In this document: positions 57,264 to 64,000 of the stretch, in pieces
Position numbering within the stretch: position 1 is the stretch's first letter
How the letters are laid out: the number at the start of each line of letters is the position of its first letter
IMG/VR virus record: IMGVR_UViG_3300036832_000786
Span: 48,651 to 112,650 of that record
Reading direction: 5' to 3' (one strand)
Origin: a virus
Length of the DNA: 64,000 nt
Made by a program: the position numbers and the translations under genes
Notes under the pieces: generated by a model
Database searches by the model: none
Seen by the model: only the letters and a program-made list of their open reading frames with translations
Told to the model about the DNA's origin: nothing

Positions 57264-58034
57264 ATGGCAGCGGTTATGCCCAGCACTCTGGCTGGGCTTC
57301 CGAAAAACATGCTGGCGTATGCCGGGTTCCAACCGGCGTTCTTTATGCCGCATCGCCGGTCGATCGGTGGTATCGTCGCCCAGGTGACAATTGACGAACA
57401 GGCCAGTGACGACGTACAGATCACGGAGCATCCGGTCGAGCAAGGGGCACCGATAGCGGATCATGCTTTTAAGCGCCCTTCGGTGGTGACGATCCGCGCC
57501 GGGTGGTCACGGCAGTACGCTTATGATCTGAGTGCGGAGAGCGGTGTCTACGGTTTGTTGCTGTCCTGGCAGGCGGCGCTGTTGCCGTTTGACGTGATCA
57601 CTGGTAAGCGTAACTACACAAATATGTTGATCGAGCGGTTACAGGTACAAACCGATCAGCATTCCGAGTTCGCGTTGATGGCGACAATCACCTGTCGTCA
57701 GGTGATCATTGTCAGTACCTCGACCACTACGTCGAAAATGTCATCCACCAGTGACAGTTCCCAGAGTGATCCGTCCAAGACTGGGGGTGAGAAAAACAGC
57801 GGTGACAAATCGGCAACGCAAACCGGTACAGTGCCGGACCCGGAAACTGCCGGGCCGACATCACCGGGTGTTTTTGGTCAGGCTGGTGGACCCGACCCCG
57901 AAACCGCTTTTATGAACCCGGCGGTCTCGACACCCGCAGCTAATGCGGTCAATAACCAAATGAATGCGAACGGTGCTCAAGCACCAAACAACCCTCCGGT
58001 TGAAACTGTTGATCCATTCAAAGAAGGCTTTTAA
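57264..58034 (+). CDS. Tail tube initiator/Dit-like baseplate protein
   Basis: RSIGGI, ITEHPVEQGA.IADHAFKRP, PFDVITGKR.Y.NMLI. Confidence 0.82.
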   Translation: MAAVMPSTLAGLPKNMLAYAGFQPAFFMPHRRSIGGIVAQVTIDEQASDDVQITEHPVEQGAPIADHAFKRPSVVTIRAGWSRQYAYDLSAESGVYGLLLSWQAALLPFDVITGKRNYTNMLIERLQVQTDQHSEFALMATITCRQVIIVSTSTTTSKMSSTSDSSQSDPSKTGGEKNSGDKSATQTGTVPDPETAGPTSPGVFGQAGGPDPETAFMNPAVSTPAANAVNNQMNANGAQAPNNPPVETVDPFKEGF

Positions 58035-58363
58035 TGACTACCATTTGGGAAATTCCGTTGACACCGCAGACGCAGCGTATGCGGATCGATATCAGTGGTA
58101 CCAATTACACGCTGCATTTTAAGTACAACAGTGTCTGCGATACTTGGGTTATGGATGTCAACGATACCGCCGACACACCGATCCTGGAAGGTATCCCGCT
58201 GGTCACCGGTACCGATTTGTTTGGTCAGTTCCGCTATCTGGGGATTGGTGGTGGGTTACCGATGATCGTGATGACGATCGGGCCGGGCCGGTCACCGGAT
58301 GATATACCGAATTACCAGAACTTGGGTATTGACGGTCATCTCTACTTCAAGACCCTGGTGTGA
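58034..58363 (+). CDS. Baseplate small component
   Basis: EIPL.P, W.MD, GIPLVTG.DL..QF.YLG.GG, P.Y.NLG...HLYF. Confidence 0.78.
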   Translation: MTTIWEIPLTPQTQRMRIDISGTNYTLHFKYNSVCDTWVMDVNDTADTPILEGIPLVTGTDLFGQFRYLGIGGGLPMIVMTIGPGRSPDDIPNYQNLGIDGHLYFKTLV

Positions 58364-58365
58364 CG

Positions 58366-62745
<4,380 letters not shown>

Positions 62746-62755
62746 GGATTTTCTA

Positions 62756-63727
62756 GTGGCGCTCGATTTCCCCAACAGCCCTACCAACGGTCAGATATAT
62801 GTGGCCGGTGATGGTAGCTGGCTGTGGGATACCCAGAAGTGGAAGTCGGGTAACGGTGTCGGGTTCCTCACGACCATCGGTGACACACCGCCGCCGAACC
62901 CTCAACCGGGGTTATTGTGGTGGAACTCGTCACCCGGTATCGGGCAACTGTATGTGTCCTATAACGACGGTTCCTCACAACAGTGGGTCGCCGCCAGTAA
63001 CATGGGTGGCGGGTTGTACCTGCCGTTGACCGGTGGGACGGTTACCGGTAGCGTTACGATCAAGAACAACCTGACGGTAGGTGGCGGCGGTCTTGGTGAT
63101 CTCTATATTGGTACTAACGATTATATCTTCTGGAATGCTGGTTCGCCTTCCAGTCCTTATATGTATGCCTCTTCTGACAATGCTGGTATGTACCTTATTA
63201 TGGGGAATGTGGCTGGTTCGTTGATTGCGTTTGGTACTTACACCGGAACTGCGGGATCGATTAATAGTAACGGTGTGATGAATGTTACTGGTTCTTATCA
63301 AGTTAACGGGCGCAATGTCACGCCGGGGCAGATCGGCTTTGCCAGTTCGTTCCCAAATACCGTTCCCGCCGGGACTGCGGCAGGAATGATGGGCTTTGGT
63401 CGCCTCTTTACGCCCTATAGTAGCACGCGTGTGTTGGCGGTTATAACGGGTTCTCTGACGTTTAATACACTCAATGCCACTGGTAGTGCATATCTGCGCT
63501 ATGGGACTGGGACACCACCGGTTAATGGTGCGACTTCAGCCGGGGCGACGATTAATATGCAACAGTGTGCGACAAGTACAGCGAATGCTTTTCAGATACC
63601 CGTTACATTGATTGGTGTTGTAACTGGACTAACGATTGGCACGCAGTATTGGTTTGATGTGTATCTGAATGTGAGTCCCGGTACGGGTATTTTCTTTAGT
63701 GACGGCTACACGTTTCTAGAGGTCTAG
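62756..63727 (+). CDS. Tail fibre/accessory fibre protein
   Basis: ALDFPNSPTNGQ.Y, LWWNSSPG.GQLY..Y.DG.SQQWV, YLPLTGGT. Confidence 0.75.
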   Translation: MALDFPNSPTNGQIYVAGDGSWLWDTQKWKSGNGVGFLTTIGDTPPPNPQPGLLWWNSSPGIGQLYVSYNDGSSQQWVAASNMGGGLYLPLTGGTVTGSVTIKNNLTVGGGGLGDLYIGTNDYIFWNAGSPSSPYMYASSDNAGMYLIMGNVAGSLIAFGTYTGTAGSINSNGVMNVTGSYQVNGRNVTPGQIGFASSFPNTVPAGTAAGMMGFGRLFTPYSSTRVLAVITGSLTFNTLNATGSAYLRYGTGTPPVNGATSAGATINMQQCATSTANAFQIPVTLIGVVTGLTIGTQYWFDVYLNVSPGTGIFFSDGYTFLEV

Positions 63728-63731
63728 TCCG

Positions 63732-64000
63732 GTGCCTATGAATTTCCCTGACGCACCAACCAACGGCCAGACCTTTACGTCCGGTGGTGTAGTGTGGTCA
63801 TGGAATGGTGTATCCTGGAATCCGACATCGACACCGGGTGGTGCCGGTGTCTCGAATGTGTTTATTGGAGACACAGCACCGAGTAACTCTGTCAACGGGA
63901 ACCTGTGGTGGAACTCGTCACCCGGTGACGGTCAACTGTACACCTTTTTTAACGACGGAACCTCTTCCCAGTGGGTGGTGTCAAACAATTTGGGGGCCGG
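63732..64000 (+). CDS. Tail fibre-like protein, paralog (3'-truncated)
   Basis: (VP)MNFPDAPTNGQTF..GNLWWNSSPGDGQLY..FNDG.SSQWV; open to the window end. Confidence 0.7.
   Translation, partial: MPMNFPDAPTNGQTFTSGGVVWSWNGVSWNPTSTPGGAGVSNVFIGDTAPSNSVNGNLWWNSSPGDGQLYTFFNDGTSSQWVVSNNLGA

Overview
This is a 64-kb segment of a tailed dsDNA phage genome (myovirus-type, about 58% GC by eye) with essentially all genes on the + strand. From left to right it holds: (1) a replication/recombination module with a UDG-fused family A DNA polymerase, DnaX-like clamp loader, UvsY-like mediator, gp32-like SSB, RecA/UvsX, an intein-containing Mre11/SbcD, Rad50/SbcC and a Holliday junction resolvase; (2) packaging and lysis genes (TerS, T4-T-like holin, TerL, portal); (3) a block of accessory and probable head-packaged proteins, including a 1.6-kaa polyvalent protein; (4) head genes (MuF-like, DUF2213 protease, scaffold, DUF2184 capsid); (5) neck, contractile tail, baseplate and fibre genes, plus a tRNA-His. 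The main unexplained signal is non-coding. Thirteen dispersed segments between 8.0 and 27.3 kb (about 85 units by hand count) form a 36-nt-period dual-repeat array: edge A(G/A)(T/C)GA(A/G)(C/T)CA, ~9-nt variable spacer, loop A(C/T)AGA(C/A)ACA, ~9-nt variable spacer. This is the architecture of TIGR (tandem interspaced guide RNA) arrays. Here the array is split into segments that fill gene junctions from stop codon to start codon, and no Nop-domain Tas effector is recognisable in the window. All calls come from reading the sequence and recalling motifs; no searches were run.
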